A stretch of 64,000 nt of DNA from contig JAAOMT010000597.1 in NCBI GenBank assembly GCA_016748015.1, forward strand, positions 310,001 to 374,000, given 5' to 3'. Made by a program: the position numbers and the translations under genes. The stretch comes from Geosiphon pyriformis uo1. Taxonomy: Eukaryota; Fungi; Glomeromycota. A model generated the notes under the pieces. The model had not been told where the DNA came from. It made no database searches and saw only the letters and a program-made list of their open reading frames with translations. Positions 12,347-25,916 of this stretch are shown here, in pieces; positions within the stretch are counted from its first letter, which is position 1; the number at the start of each line of letters is the position of its first letter.

Positions 12347-13200
12347 GTATTAAGCAAGATTTTATATTTGTAATTATATTTTTATTTGTAAAAAAAACAC
12401 ATTTAGAAGCAACAAATAATTTTTAAATTGCCAAATAATTATAAATTATATATACAAGACAAAAAAATTGTGTTTAATATGCTTAAATATTAAATTATTA
12501 ATAAAATATTAATTTAAATAAATATTTTTTATAATATACCTTCCATTATATTATTATATCTATTTCTTTATTGGCCATTTTTCAAAAATATAATAATCAA
12601 TTTTATCAAGTTTTTTTTATTATTATTGTCAAAGTTTGCCTTTAATATGGATCATATAATTAATGTTATATTATTATTAAAATTGCTATTCAACAAAAAA
12701 CTGTTATTTAATTTTAATACAATGTCTAGTATATACTCTGTTTTAAAGAAAATATGTATTCTAAAAGTTTATTTATTGTGTAAGAGTTGGAAAATAAAAC
12801 TGTTTGAATAAATTAATAACTTACAATTCTTTTATTTTATTAATATTATCATCCAAAAATTTTCTTTTTGTAAAATAATAGAATTTTTTTCTTAGATTTA
12901 ATGTAGTATAAAGCATTACAGTTATATTTGTTTTAGAGTAATATTTAACCAACTTTTTTTTTACTGCTTTAATCATCATGACAAGTAATAGATTTAATAT
13001 TAAATATGTTAAATAAATACAATTAAAATTATAATGTTTTATTAAATTTATTATTATTAACTGTGTCTTTGACATAATTAATATTTGGACTATTTGAGTT
13101 ATTAAATTCTATTATTTTGGATTTTAAATCTTTGATAATATTGAATAATATTGACAATAAATTTATTTTGGTAAGTTGGAAAGTAAAATTATTATATATA
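12347..13200 (-). pseudogene. Heavily decayed hAT transposase C-terminal region
   Basis: KKKLVKYYSKT...TTLNLRKKFYYF resembles the hAT KLxKYY...LDPRxK motif; NYLAI*KLFVASKCVF at ~12390-12440 resembles the dimerisation motif DYLAIxxSSVxSERxFS. Confidence 0.65.
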
Positions 13201-13294
13201 TATAGTTTTATATACTTTTTTAACTAATCATAATAATTAAACAAAGTAATAATTAATAAACAAATAATATAAGTTATATCTTTTTTTAATTCCA

Positions 13295-13475
13295 TCAAAC
13301 TTAAACAAGTTTATAAACTTCAAACCAGACTTAAACCAAACTCAAACTTGTTAAAAAAATTCAATGCCAAATTTAAACCAAACCTATTTTGAAAAATTAG
13401 TTTGGTTTAAGTTTAGTTTATAATTCAAATTAAATTTAAATAACACCCAAAATTCAGTTCAGTTTAGTTTAATCA
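13295..13475. repeat. Short direct/inverted AAACCAAAC/GTTTGGTTT repeats (hAT-type subterminal array)
   Basis: Clustered aaacttaaac/aaaccaaactc units followed by their reverse complements, next to the hAT relic. Confidence 0.45.
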
Positions 13476-13699
13476 GAATTTTATATTAATCATAATTATA
13501 ATTAATATTAATAATATACAATTATAATTTTAAATCTAACTATTTAAATTTGATCATTTAAATTACTAGCTCTTAGAAAAATAATATGTTAAATAAGTTT
13601 ATAATTAAATTAATTAATTTAATATATATAAATAATTAATGTACTTAAAATAATCTTAATATAATATATAAATCTTATATAATTTAGCTATATATATAG

Positions 13700-16600
13700 T
13701 TTTTTGTAAACTAAAAAAAGTATTAATTTTATACTAAACCAATTTTTTTTTATAGTTTTATAGTAAATAGTTGGTTATTTTCTTTATATTTTCTTTTTTT
13801 TCTTTAAGCTTTAAATATTTTTTATTAATATTTAAAGTATATAGTGTATTTTTTATTATTTTTCTAAATTTTCTATTATTTTTGGTCTTTTAATATGTAT
13901 TATTAATATTTTATATTATGTCTTATTTTATTAAATAATCTGTTAATTTTATTATCTAATTTTGTCTTTGTTATAGTGCTAATTAAATAATAAAAAATAT
14001 CACATTATTTAAGATTAAATTTAAAAATAGTGTTTTAATTAATTAAATATTTCTGTTATGTTTTTTTTATAAAATTCTTTATAATTTTTTATTTTTATTT
14101 TTAAAATAAGCTTTTAAACACCACATATTTTTAACAACTATTCAAAAAATTTTGGTAATACTTTAATTAAATAGTTTATCTTCTGGTTTTAATTTATTTT
14201 TTGTGTCTTAAATATGAATTTGATTATTTTTTCTTATAAAAACTTATATTAAGCTAATTATTATTTAAAAATAAATAATAATAACATTTCTGTTTTTATT
14301 TTAACAATCTATTTAACATTTCTTTATTTTTTAGATTTGTCTTGTAATATAGTGTCTGTATTATTAAATAAAATAGTTTAGTTGTTTAGTATTATAGAAT
14401 TTTTTGTAATTAGTTTTGGTAAACACAAATTATGTCTTTTTTTTTCTAGTTTAACAAATAATATGTGTATTAATATAGATGTTTAGTGTTATCTTAACTG
14501 GCTTAAGTAATTGGCCACATGTAGTAAGAGCATAAATCATATTTAGTTTGAATTATTTAGTTTATTTCTATATATTAGATAGTAATTAAACTTTACTTAT
14601 TAATATTAATAAAAAAAAATGTTTTAATACTGCTTAAAAATTTAATTATAGCCAAATTTTTTGTTATTTAAGTATTTTATATTATCAACTAAAAGCTTTT
14701 TTTTTAAAAAAAATATTATTTATTAAATTATAAAAAACTTTTTTAATTGGTTTTTTTTTAAACATATTATTATTAAAAATAGCTGTTAATTTTATTACAA
14801 AAAAGTTATTTATTTAAAAAATTATAAAATATAAAAAAAAGTTTTTTTTATATATTTTTATGTAATTTTTAAAAAAAAATAGAATTGTTTTGTTATTATA
14901 TAATTTATATATAATTTTGTAAATATTCAATGATATAATTTAAAATTTAAATAAAATATATTAATAATAATAAAAATATAATTTTAAATTTTATTATTTA
15001 TTAATAAATATTAATTAAAATTTTTTGTTTTTATACTAATTTGGTATTTTTGTTATAATAAATTGGTTTTAGTAAAATGATTTAAAAATTTTAAATTTTA
15101 ATATAAAAAAAAACTTTTTTTCTCTTTTTAATTTTATAATTACAACCAAAGCAAAAAGTTTTAAATATTATTGTTTTTATTATAACTAATAAAATTTTAA
15201 TAAGAGAAAATTTCTTTGTTATTAAAGCAGCTAAATAAAATGTTTTAACAACTTTTTCTATAAATATTAATAATAAAAAGCTGTTTTTAATGACTTTTAA
15301 AATATTTTTTTTACTTTTGGCTAATGGTTTTTTTTTGTTAAAATTTTTTTCAAAAACACACTTAAATTAATTCCAATATTTTTTTTAAAAGCTTTAAAGT
15401 TTTTAATAACAAACTAATTAACAAATTGGTTTTTTTTATTTATTTTTTTAATAATAATATTATTACTTTGTAAATGACTGAAAAAATTAAAAACTTTAAA
15501 AAACAGTAAAAGTTGTTTATATTTGCTATTGTATATTAAAATTTTTTATGGTTTTAGATAAAACTTTAGAAAATTTTTTTTTAATAGTAATTAGTTTTTT
15601 TTCTAATATAAGTAACAATAATAACAATATGTTTTTAAGATAAACCAAAATTAATTATTATTGTATTATTAAATATAAGTGTTTTTTAACAAATTACTAG
15701 TTTTTAAAGCAAAACAATTTATTAAATTATCTAATTTTAAGAATTAAACTAATTAAATAGAAGTTAAATTAACTTTTTTTTTTTTTTTTTGGTATTATTT
15801 CTAATAATATTTAAGAAATAATTTTTAATTATCAAATAATTTTTAAGTAGATGGTTTTATTTTGATATCTGATATTACTTTTAAAATTAAACTGGTCTTA
15901 ATTATTTATTTATTTTATTTGCTGTTTGGTTTTATTAGATTTAAATTAGTTTTTAAAAACAATATTAAATTGTTTTGTATAGATTTTGTTTTTAAGACTT
16001 TTTTAATTATTGTTATTAAAATTTCTATTAGTAATTTTTTTTTTCTAATTACACTTAAGATAATAAAATTTTCTGTAATAACTTTTGGTTTTTTATTTTT
16101 TATGTTTATATTTTATAATATTTCTCTTAGTATATTCTCTAATAATATTAAAAATACTTTTAATCTTTTGGTATTATTACTTTAATTAAATTAAAGTCTG
16201 TTGATTTGTGGTAATATATTATTATTAATTTTAAAAACTTTTTTTTTGTTGTTATTGTTTTTAATAATTGGTCTGTATTAATAAAAAAAACAATATTTAT
16301 ATACTTTTTTTTAACCAAAAAAGGATTATTATTTTAAAAAACACTTTTAAGACCAAGTTAATTAACTTTTTATTTGGCTGTATTGTTTTTAAAATTTAGT
16401 GATTTGATTTTTTAAGTTGGTAATCATATTTATTTTATTTTTTATTTTTCTAATTTTTATTATTATTAATATTTTATTGATGTAATATTTAAGTTTTATG
16501 AGTTTTTGTTATTATAAAAACTAGTATTTTATATAAGTATTATATCTGATAAGAAACTTTTAAGTATTATTATTATTACAAATATTAAAATCTAGATTAT

Positions 16601-16900
16601 TTTTTTAATTATAAAATATTATCATCTTTTTTTTTAAATTATTTGTTAAATTTGCTATTGGTTCTAAACTTTTTGTTTTGTCTTTTATTAGTAAAAAATT
16701 CTATGTTAAAGCTTTTGTTTTTTTATTTTATTTTTGTTGTCTTTATGGTTGTTTTTATTATTAATTCTATAACCAAGTTCAGATTAGATTTTTTGAAGTC
16801 TTAAATTTTGGATTTGGTTTTTTTAATTAAATTTGTTATTAAACTAATTGATGTTTTGATTATATTAATTACTACTTTTTTAAACACTTTTTTTTGCAAT
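13700..16900 (-). mobile_element. Terminally AT-decayed retroelement (probable gypsy gag-protease)
   Basis: Extreme AT content, no CpG, faint coding remnants (e.g. LTTCGQ at ~14510-14530). Confidence 0.4.
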
Positions 16901-17777
16901 TCTTACTTATAAATAAAAACACCAGAAAAAATAGAAAAAATAGATTATAAAATAAACCAATAGAAAAATAGTACTCAGTAAATAAGCATATTTTCAGAAA
17001 ATTATGACATATTTTCAGAAATGTGCATATTTTTAAAGAATAAGCACATTTTTAAAAAATCACAGCAAATTTCCAAAAAATAGCATAGAAAAAAAGTAAA
17101 AATGTGTAGAATCTTATATAACATAAATTGTATATATATAGCAAAAGTATTAAAAGCAAAAAAAACAACAGCAGCAAAAACAATAGTTAAAAATAAGTAA
17201 TTATCTAATAATTTTTTTTTTAAAAAATAGTTTTTTATAACTTAAAATAGAATTATATTCATATTAATAAAAATATCTATTCTTATCTAATTTATATTGT
17301 CATTGCTTAATTAAAAAATATTAATTACTTTTGTACTATTAATAATCTATGTTAATAAAATCTAATACTTAATTATACTAAACCAATAGTTCTTAATTAT
17401 AACTATTGACAAGATACTAATTTTTTATTTTTTTTTATTTTTTTTTGTTTGTTTTCTTTTTTGTTTACTAATTAATTAAGAGATTAAGCATTAAACAATT
17501 GATATTAAAGATAGTCTGGTAAAAAATTCATAAAACAAAAGTAAGAAAACTTAAGAATAATTTACTAGAAAGACATAATTATCAAAATAAACTGGCCATT
17601 ATATTAAAGACAAAAATTAAAGAAAAATTATTAATTAAATTTCTGTTTATTATACAAAAAATCCAATCAAAATTTTCAGACTTTAAAACTTTTAGAACTC
17701 ACTATTATTAACAGCTATTAAACACTAAGTTGCAGATTTGTTATTTGTTTTAACACTTCAAATAATTATCTGTAATA
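16901..17777 (+). mobile_element. Family A-related solo LTR with 4-bp TSD CAAT
   Basis: CAAT at 16897-16900 and 17778-17781; LTR 3' end ...AATAATTATCTGTAATA. Confidence 0.8.
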
Positions 17778-17917
17778 CAATATATATTGAGATTAAAAGT
17801 ACAGTTTATAATATTATTAAAGATTATATATTTGTTTTTAATAAATATTTGTATAAAGTCAGTTTTAATTTAATTAAAATAAAAAATAAATGTGATATTA
17901 ATTTTAATTTAATAGTA

Positions 17918-17955
<38 letters not shown>
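17918..17955. repeat. (AAT)n microsatellite
   Basis: Visible tandem AAT run. Confidence 0.9.
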
Positions 17956-17958
<3 letters not shown>

Positions 17959-19202
17959 GAAAAATATATTAAATAAAAATACTTATGTTGATTTAATGTT
18001 CTTTAATCTTCTAAAGTTAAACAAAATATAAATAAAATTGTTAAGTAATTAATTAATATTTTTATAAATAATAGAATTTTAATTATAATTATACATAAAA
18101 TGTTTTTTCAAAATAGGTTTTTATTTGTAAATTCAATATAATTTAGCCTAAACTGAGCTTATGTCTAGTCATATGTAAAAAACAAGTAATTTATGCCTAA
18201 TTTAGAATACTTTTAGAGATTATATTGTATTAAACTGTGTTTGGATTTGCACATTAAATAAAAATAAAAATAAATTAAATTTGAATAATTTAATATTATT
18301 TATAAAATATATTGTTAATTACATGTATCAAGTACATAATTTATGTCTAATTAATATTTGGTTGTTGTATTGTACTAAATAACAAATAAACTTTATTTGT
18401 AAATAATATATTGTATTTAAAAATATACAAACTATTATTATTTTTTAAGCTGGTTAAGGTAATAAAAATATTAAATATATTAAAATAAGTTTTTCAACAA
18501 TTTAAACAAAATTATATTGTAATTTAAAAAATGAAAACCTTTTTTATATTTTTATAATTTACTTTATAATATATTTTATGCACAATTTGTTTGATTTTTT
18601 TGATTTTTTCTACATAGTATCTTAAAAATACATCACATCAAGCTAAATTCATTCATTAATTCCTCTATTTGGGAGTATAAATAAATTTTTGCTTCTTTCT
18701 CTGTTCTCTAGTGACACATCCAAATTACTTTTCTTCCACCGTGCAATTAGCCTCGTCTTCCGATTGAGCTCGCACAATACCTCCTTTGTCGCGCCCAGCT
18801 TCTGCTTGAGGCCCTTCAGGACGAGGTATGCCAATTCAACGCTCCCAAGATCTCCACGATAAGATGGAAGGAGAGTTTTGTGCGTCAAGACCAAATGAAA
18901 TAAGCCGCCTGCAGCGGCGAGCGCGTACACCCTGAGCTTGCGACCTAATTTCTAGTTATTCAATAATCATACACTTATAAACAGCAACTACAATAATTAA
19001 ATCAAATTACAATACTTACCAACCACCCACCAGACCAATTCAGTCGTGTCCATTCCTACTAATTGATCTTCGGCAAACGCCCACAGGTCCCGGGAGTTCC
19101 AATGCCAATTTGAGGGTGTGAACTCACTCTTTGGATCGCGGGCACTCTGGAAGACCTCCAGACACCTCCACGCAGTCGACGATTCGGTTCCAATTGAGGT
19201 TC

Positions 19203-19716
19203 TAGAACTCAATCATCGCATCGACCTCGTATTCGACTCGCGCACGATCATTTGGATCTCTTCCTCTATTTCGACGTACTCTTTCCAACGATTGCTCTCC
19301 ACTAATTTTATTAAATCATCGAATCATACCATTTTTTGCATAAGGGCAAGCCGCTGACTACATACTCACTATTTCACCCAATACTGGTCATCTGTTCGGA
19401 TCGTCACGTCCAGCAGAGGAACGACATTGCGATTCAGATACTCGACCTCGAAAGAATCGTTCTTCTTTGGCATCACCACGGAATCAAGCCTGGAAGGAGA
19501 TGCACAAACATCAAATACGATTATACCAACTAATTATATCAAAACTTACATGCGGCTGACGAGTTTTTTGAGAACTTTCTCTTCCCTTGTCACCACTGAG
19601 ACGTTATCAACGTCTTCCGCCTACAAGATAAAATGTTAACATATTGATTACCCTCAGGAGGGAGTCAAAATATTCTGCCTCCTCTCGGAAAGCTTCGGAA
19701 TATCGAAATGCATCTC
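19203..19716 (-). CDS. Orphan multi-exon gene (5' end unresolved), hypothetical protein
   Basis: GT-AG introns join an open frame ...AEYFDSLLR/AEDVDNVSVV...SRM/LDSVVMPKK...WVKY/GEQSLERV...DAMIEF*; GC- and CpG-rich. Confidence 0.4.
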
Positions 19717-20230
19717 CTTTGGAAGCAGAGGAAGAAAATCAGCCAGGGGCCGTGAAAACCGGGAGACATTCCCGTCCATTCTATGGGTTTGCGATCGAAA
19801 TATTTGTGTCTCGTGTACTGGAAGGATGATATGAACTGTGTTAAGTGGATGGAGTGAAGCGTCCGTCACGGGCAAAAAGAAAGGAAACTTATCGTGGCTG
19901 ATTGTGAAAAAATGCTGGTGGAGAAAAACGCGAAAATAATGCTGCAGCACGCCTACATAATATTAAATTTATTTATATACTATAATAATATTTACAACAT
20001 TAATGTTTTTGATTTAATACTGATCAATCAAAGTGGATAGAACATGACTTTATAATTGATATTAATTTTCGCCGAAAGATCCACTCATTTTTAATCCCCT
20101 GAATTAATTTTATCCATAGCAAAAGGCCACAACAGAATATTAGGTGTCTAAATTAGATATGGGATGTTCTGAACTTGATCAAAAAGCGTTGAGTGTCTAG
20201 AGTAACATATCGAGAATCATAATGAGTGTA

Positions 20231-23200
20231 TCAGGAAGGGCATCCTTTAGTGGCTTTGTGTGCGTCTACATCATCCTGATTTTTAAATAACTAGATAAGA
20301 TAGGATGCCTTGGTTAGGTTTCAACGAGACACCCTACAAATATTTATATCAGAGAGAAATCAAAATTTCACTAACCTTATCACCTTTTTTGTGGAGTGAA
20401 AAGAAATGGAGAAAAAGATTAAGAAAAATTATAGCATTTTCAAAATCAAAGAACATTCATTTAGCAAACTTACAGCAATAAAAGACCTCATGTCGCTGAG
20501 TCGTATTTAAATGCTGTTCAAGAGCTAGAAGAGAATACTTTAATAGTAAATTCAACTAATACAATTTTTAGGTTCAAGATAAAATACCTTTTATATCAGC
20601 AAACTCTTGATTGCAGTAACCACATTTTTTATTTGTAATAATCGCTTGAAGCCAATTGCTCACGCGTATAGACCGATATTTCCGAAATCTTTGATAAAGA
20701 CCAGTAAGATCGAAAGTTAAATGACGGTTGAATGGTGGGACAGGTGCTACTCGATTTGGAGGTGGGACAGGTGCTATTCGATTTGGAGGTGGGGCAACTA
20801 CCCGATTTGGAGGTGGGACAGCTGCTACTCGATTTGGAAGTGGGGCAACTACCCGATTTGGAGGTGGGACAGCTGCTACTCGATTTGGAAGTGGAATAGC
20901 TGGATGTTGGACAGGTCTTCGAGGTGGAATTACAAATCTTTCTTCCTTCTCATCGTCATCTTCAGAATCTGTTTCGTAACGATTATCACGTTCATATTCT
21001 TCTTCGGAATCGGTTTCATTTGATGAAGCATCGTCATCGTATTGTACTAGCATTTAGAGAATTTATGTAAATCAAACGAGTACTTATCCCAATAACCCAG
21101 GCCATTTGCTTGGTTACCATAAGCATATCCCTGATGACCAAATCCTAAAGGCCTAAAAGGACCAACTGGATTTTGGGGCGCTCGGTTACGATTACGTTCC
21201 TAAAGGTTTGGAGGAATTTATTTTATGTAAAATTATAATCCAGTTGACCTATATCACAAGTTTAAAGAATTACCTCCAGTAGCATCTGCTCGTCCCATAG
21301 GTCACATTTTTGACTACAGCTTTCAGCTTTTTTATCCCAAACATTTCCACATTTATAGCAACTGTAGAGAGGTAGGAAGTGAAAATTTTGATTTTCCAAC
21401 TCTCATTAATCATTATGAAAATGCTGCCAATCATAACAAAATCTTATTATTACACTCACAACTCAGTTTTACACCGGCAGGTGATGTGATTGCATCCAGT
21501 AAAGAGCTCAACAATTGTTCGACAACTAGGACAACGGCGCCATTTTTCATTTTCTGCCATTTGTAGAACAATTCGATCCTCAGGACTACGTTCTTCTGGA
21601 GGCAATGCCTGGAATTGTTGACAAGTGAGACCTGAAAGTAAGAGAGGATAATTTATATATAATGAAATTATTTTAAAAAAACATCTATTTTTGAAAATGA
21701 AATATCCTAACCATATACCTGAATGCCAGGTCACATGACATGACGGACAGAATGTGACTCGACATAAGGGACAGTCGATAGGGGTATTCTGTTGTCCCAA
21801 AGGAGCATCCCAATCAATAGCAATGCTACATTTTTTGTTGGCACAATAAACCTATAAAGTTCATAATTCCCATTTTCATAAATCAAAATTTAATGTTTCA
21901 AATAAATAGAAATAGAAATATATACCTTATTCTTCATGGTTGACTCGGCAAACTTGCCATTCCATAAAATCATTCCATTTTTACCCAAAGCCTTTTCGGC
22001 TATCCTTTCGGATATTTCAGCAGTACAATTTAAATTTAAAGGACATCTGATAGGAAATTCGACAACTTGTTCTCCCAAACGCGAGTTGAGGAAATTTCCC
22101 ATGCAAGTTAAACAAAACCCATGAGAACAAGAGAGGATCACCCCAAAGTTAGCATCTAAGCTACTTGAAGCCATCCCATCAAGATTCCCTGAAAGAGGAA
22201 AAGTTGAAAATGCTGTATAACAAGCTTGACATTCGTATTCACTTCTACGAAAAGTTTTCGGGGATTGAGGATAATTCGTCGTGGAAGAATTACTTTCGTA
22301 GTTATCTTTGCCTTTTCCTTTTCCAATGTCATTAAGTTCAAAATGAACAGCTTGAAAAAAAAGGCAATCATGAAAATCGGGGAAAATATCAATGTTCTTA
22401 TGCACAACAAACCAATAGGTTCGTATAACTTACATGTATTGTGCTACATATATATATGTTAGATGGTCTGGTTAGAATTCAAATTGATTAATTTGATCAC
22501 TTGAGATAACATGTAATAACTTACTAGCTCATCTGATAAATCTACATCTTGGAGAAAAATCCTAGAAGAGTCTTCATCCTATTATGAAAAAATTCCTCAG
22601 TTATTGTAGTTGGAATTGAGAGGTCATTATGTAATTTATTTCGATAGCAGAATATGAGACCTCTAGAACTTCATCGATATCGTATCCTTCTTCGTCATAT
22701 CTCTGAAGTTTTTGTGCGAACTTTTATAAAGTAGAGACGTATGTAAGTTAACTTGATTTTATCCAAAATTTGCCAACTCTGATATCCTCTAATGACCTGG
22801 TAATCCGTTTTTTCTTGTGTTGATCTCTGTTTGGCAAGTTTGTGATCAGATACATTTCTCATCTGAGCTGCTTGGATAGCCATTGTCTTGGCGAGACTTA
22901 TATCTTCCTCTTCTAGCATATCCCAAGAGATGTCCGTCGGGAAGGGAGAGGTGCTGGTATGTTTGCCAGTTTCTTTTTTTGTCCATGACTTGCTGTTATT
23001 AGCTCCTTGAATTGTTTTACTTGCTTCAATTGCTTCCAAAAGCTTAAAAGAGAAGGGGAAAACTTAATTGAAATATGCAACTTCACCTTTAGTCCCAAGT
23101 CCTAATCATTTAAAAAATTACCTGAAGGTGTGCAGCGAATTCCACATCGCGCTTTAGAGAAGGAGAGAAGATTTGTTGTGATTTTGTTATCAAATTTAAA

Positions 23201-23378
23201 GATATTCTTGAGAAACCTTCACGGTTTCTACCTCAAAATCAGCCATTAATTCAAGCACCCCAGCCAGCTGCCACAAATCATCGTCAGATTGGGAATCCGA
23301 GGTTGTTTTTACTGGGAAAGGAGATGACGAAATTGGCGTCGAAGCCACTGAAGAACCATAATTACTTTGGTATGACAT
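20231..23378 (-). CDS. RBR (RING-IBR-RING) E3 ubiquitin ligase with C-terminal Pro repeats and C2H2-like fingers
   Basis: RING1 CQACY...CSHGFCLTC...RCP; IBR CPLCRVTFCPSCHVTWH; RING2 RCPSCRTIVELFTGCNHITCRC; many GT-AG introns. Confidence 0.9.
20731..20897 (-). repeat. Coding tandem repeat (24/27-bp units, PPPNRVAAV-like x~7)
   Basis: Repeated cgatttggaggtgggacag units. Confidence 0.9.
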
Positions 23379-24219
23379 TTTGGTTTTTTAGGCAAGAAAA
23401 ATCTGATTGATAATTTAAAGTTTCCAGCTGCGCGAAGTTTCTCAGATGGCAACAATAAATAGCGCGTCAATGTGAAACACTCGATTTTATTCTTTGAAAA
23501 ACAGAAAGATCACCGCGTATTATGAGATCACGTTACTCTACCAAATATTATAAAAGTTTTGATTCGCGTTTTCTATAAGATCAACCTTGTTTACATCTAA
23601 AAAAACAAAGGATTGTTCCTATTTCATCCTCAGATACTAAGTTGTCGATTAAAATTATGATTCCTACGGGATGGAAGGAGATTTGTTGTTGATATAAAAA
23701 AGGAAAAATGTCAGCTTTTGAGACACCTGTCTTTAAAAAAAATGCAGATCTGAAAAAATTACTAAGTTAGCATGAAAATCGAAAAGAAAAATGTAAGCGT
23801 GATTGGTGCGGAGGAATTAAATTTTGACCTCAAGTATAGGAGCCATCTAAACTTCTTCAATAGGTTTGCTCTCTTTATCAATGTCCGTGATGAAAACCTT
23901 ATTGTTAACTCCTTTTCCATTTCGATTCGATAATGCATTGTACCGATTCATTAAAAGAGCAACTATATTTATACGATTTGTTGATTTCCAAATAGAAACC
24001 ACCATGGGCAAATTGTGATCGAAGCTACTTTCTCGGAGAAGCTTTTTGACCAGCCCTTAGCCTCTTTTTATTCGAGCTACCACCCACACCTTCTGGAATC
24101 CCTCTCTTTTCTATATTAAATGATTGAGAAGCAACGTATCTGTTTGTCAGATTGAATAATCACGAAATTCACCTAGATCTAATAACAAATCAACAAACAT
24201 TTAAAAGTATATATATACA

Positions 24220-25916
24220 TTATCGCTTTCGCTTACCAGCTAGATTTGGAGATTGGGGATTCAGCTTTTGGTGTGGAGAACCTATTGTAACATTGCTTGT
24301 ATTAGAGCCAGAAGGAGAAGGTGTTGGATTTGGTGTTGGAGCTTGAATATCATTTGAAATTGGTGTGGCAGAAGTGCCAATCAAGCTAGAATGTTCATTT
24401 TTGATTTCATTCTCAATTTTAATATTTGTTTCAGATGGCCTAGAGACCATTCGTAAGTTAAGATTGGAAGGGTGCCGGGATTCTACTATAAAGCGAAAGG
24501 CCTCTATGGAAATAAAAAATTCTAAGTTTATATTTCATAAAACGATTTTAAGATGACAATGAATTATAACTTACGTCTAGGTCCTAATTGGCGTTGTACA
24601 GCCATTGATATGATTTCTTGCATTAGATCAACACCATCAGCAACCTGTGGTTGAGAGATATGAAGAATCGAAAGGAAAAAAATGATAAAAAACATTTTGC
24701 TTTAACAAATACCTCTATACATCTCATTGTTTTTTGTGGGATTCCATAATCGTTTACAAGTGATTCGTCATTCCTTTGTATAGCATTTGGGATGTGAGGA
24801 CGTGGTATATACTCTCGGAATATTTTTGTTTTGAATTCAAAACTATTTATTTTTGATGTTTGATTAAACATTACTATCAAATGCCCTGAATGGACGACCT
24901 AGAAAAAATTTATGAATGTGCATGACTGAGAGAGGGTAATAGACCCGCATTACAATTTGTCTTAATTTGACGATACCTGTGACCCATTTTCATAGTGATA
25001 TACCATTGAAGCTTTAGGACAATCTAATCTGCATCCATTATTAATAGTTTGTTCTTTGGGACTTCCCAATATCAGTTGTATACTAGTCACACCCGATTCA
25101 AAAAATGTTTGATAAAATCTTGGTATTACCGGATATTTTAATTCTAAATTGCGCAAAGAGTGAAATCAAGGATTCATCAAGATATTAAACATTTGGAAAC
25201 AGAAAATAGAGATTTCACAAACCAAAATTTGATCATACCGAAAAGCTTTTGGTCTCCCAACCGGTTATTCCATAAACTACAACTCATCCAAACATCTTCA
25301 GCAAAAAAAAATTGAGCAAACACTTTCCAGTATTGAATATCATCTTTTCTATGATGCTGATGAGGAAAATAAGTATAATAAAATTATAAAAAGTACAAGA
25401 AAAAGGTGTTCAACCTTATTTTCTCAAAAAATTACATACCATCCCCAATAAATTATTTCCATCATTCGCTAAATATTCTCCAAAGAGTAATAATAGCATT
25501 ATATAACCACCAGGGAGTTGCCTGTAAGGGTTAAATTTTTATTTAATAACACGGTTTGTTAATATTTCACACACAAAATTTCTGGAAATTTTGAAAAAAG
25601 CCAGAATATATTATGGGCTTTTCATGGATCAACATTAAATGAAAAAATATAGGTGAGCCTTATATTATAGTACATACTTTAGCACAGGATTTGGGATCGC
25701 GCGTAATGGGATTGTAAGTCTAGGATTGTTATTCATTGCCATCATACTCGCGGGCATGTAGGCATTTGGATTTATTGACGGGTGAACTCCAGCCTGCGCC
25801 ATAGCTGCTATTTGCGCTTGATTTGCTATTACCCGCGGTGCATTATTGAACCCAAAAAAATTTGGCATACCGATCGTTTGTTGTGGAAGGTATCCGGTTG
25901 GATTAAAGTTCGCCAT
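24220..25916 (-). CDS. LIM-domain-binding protein (LDB/PtaB/Mfg1/Adn1-like transcription cofactor)
   Basis: Exons encode DDIQYW..F..FF, PVIPRFYQTFFESGVTSIQLILG..KE, CPKASMVYHYENGSQ, REYIPR, YGIPQKTMRCIE; ends in basic KRKR. Confidence 0.85.

Noticed and set aside
15862-16185. Hydrophobic F/I/L-rich ORFs resembling mitochondrial membrane genes (NUMT)
   Set aside because: Artefact of extreme AT decay; no mitochondrial gene motifs
20721-21023. Trp-rich and Gly-rich repeat ORFs on the + strand (RiPP-precursor-like look)
   Set aside because: Antisense shadows of the Pro-rich repeat exon of the RBR gene
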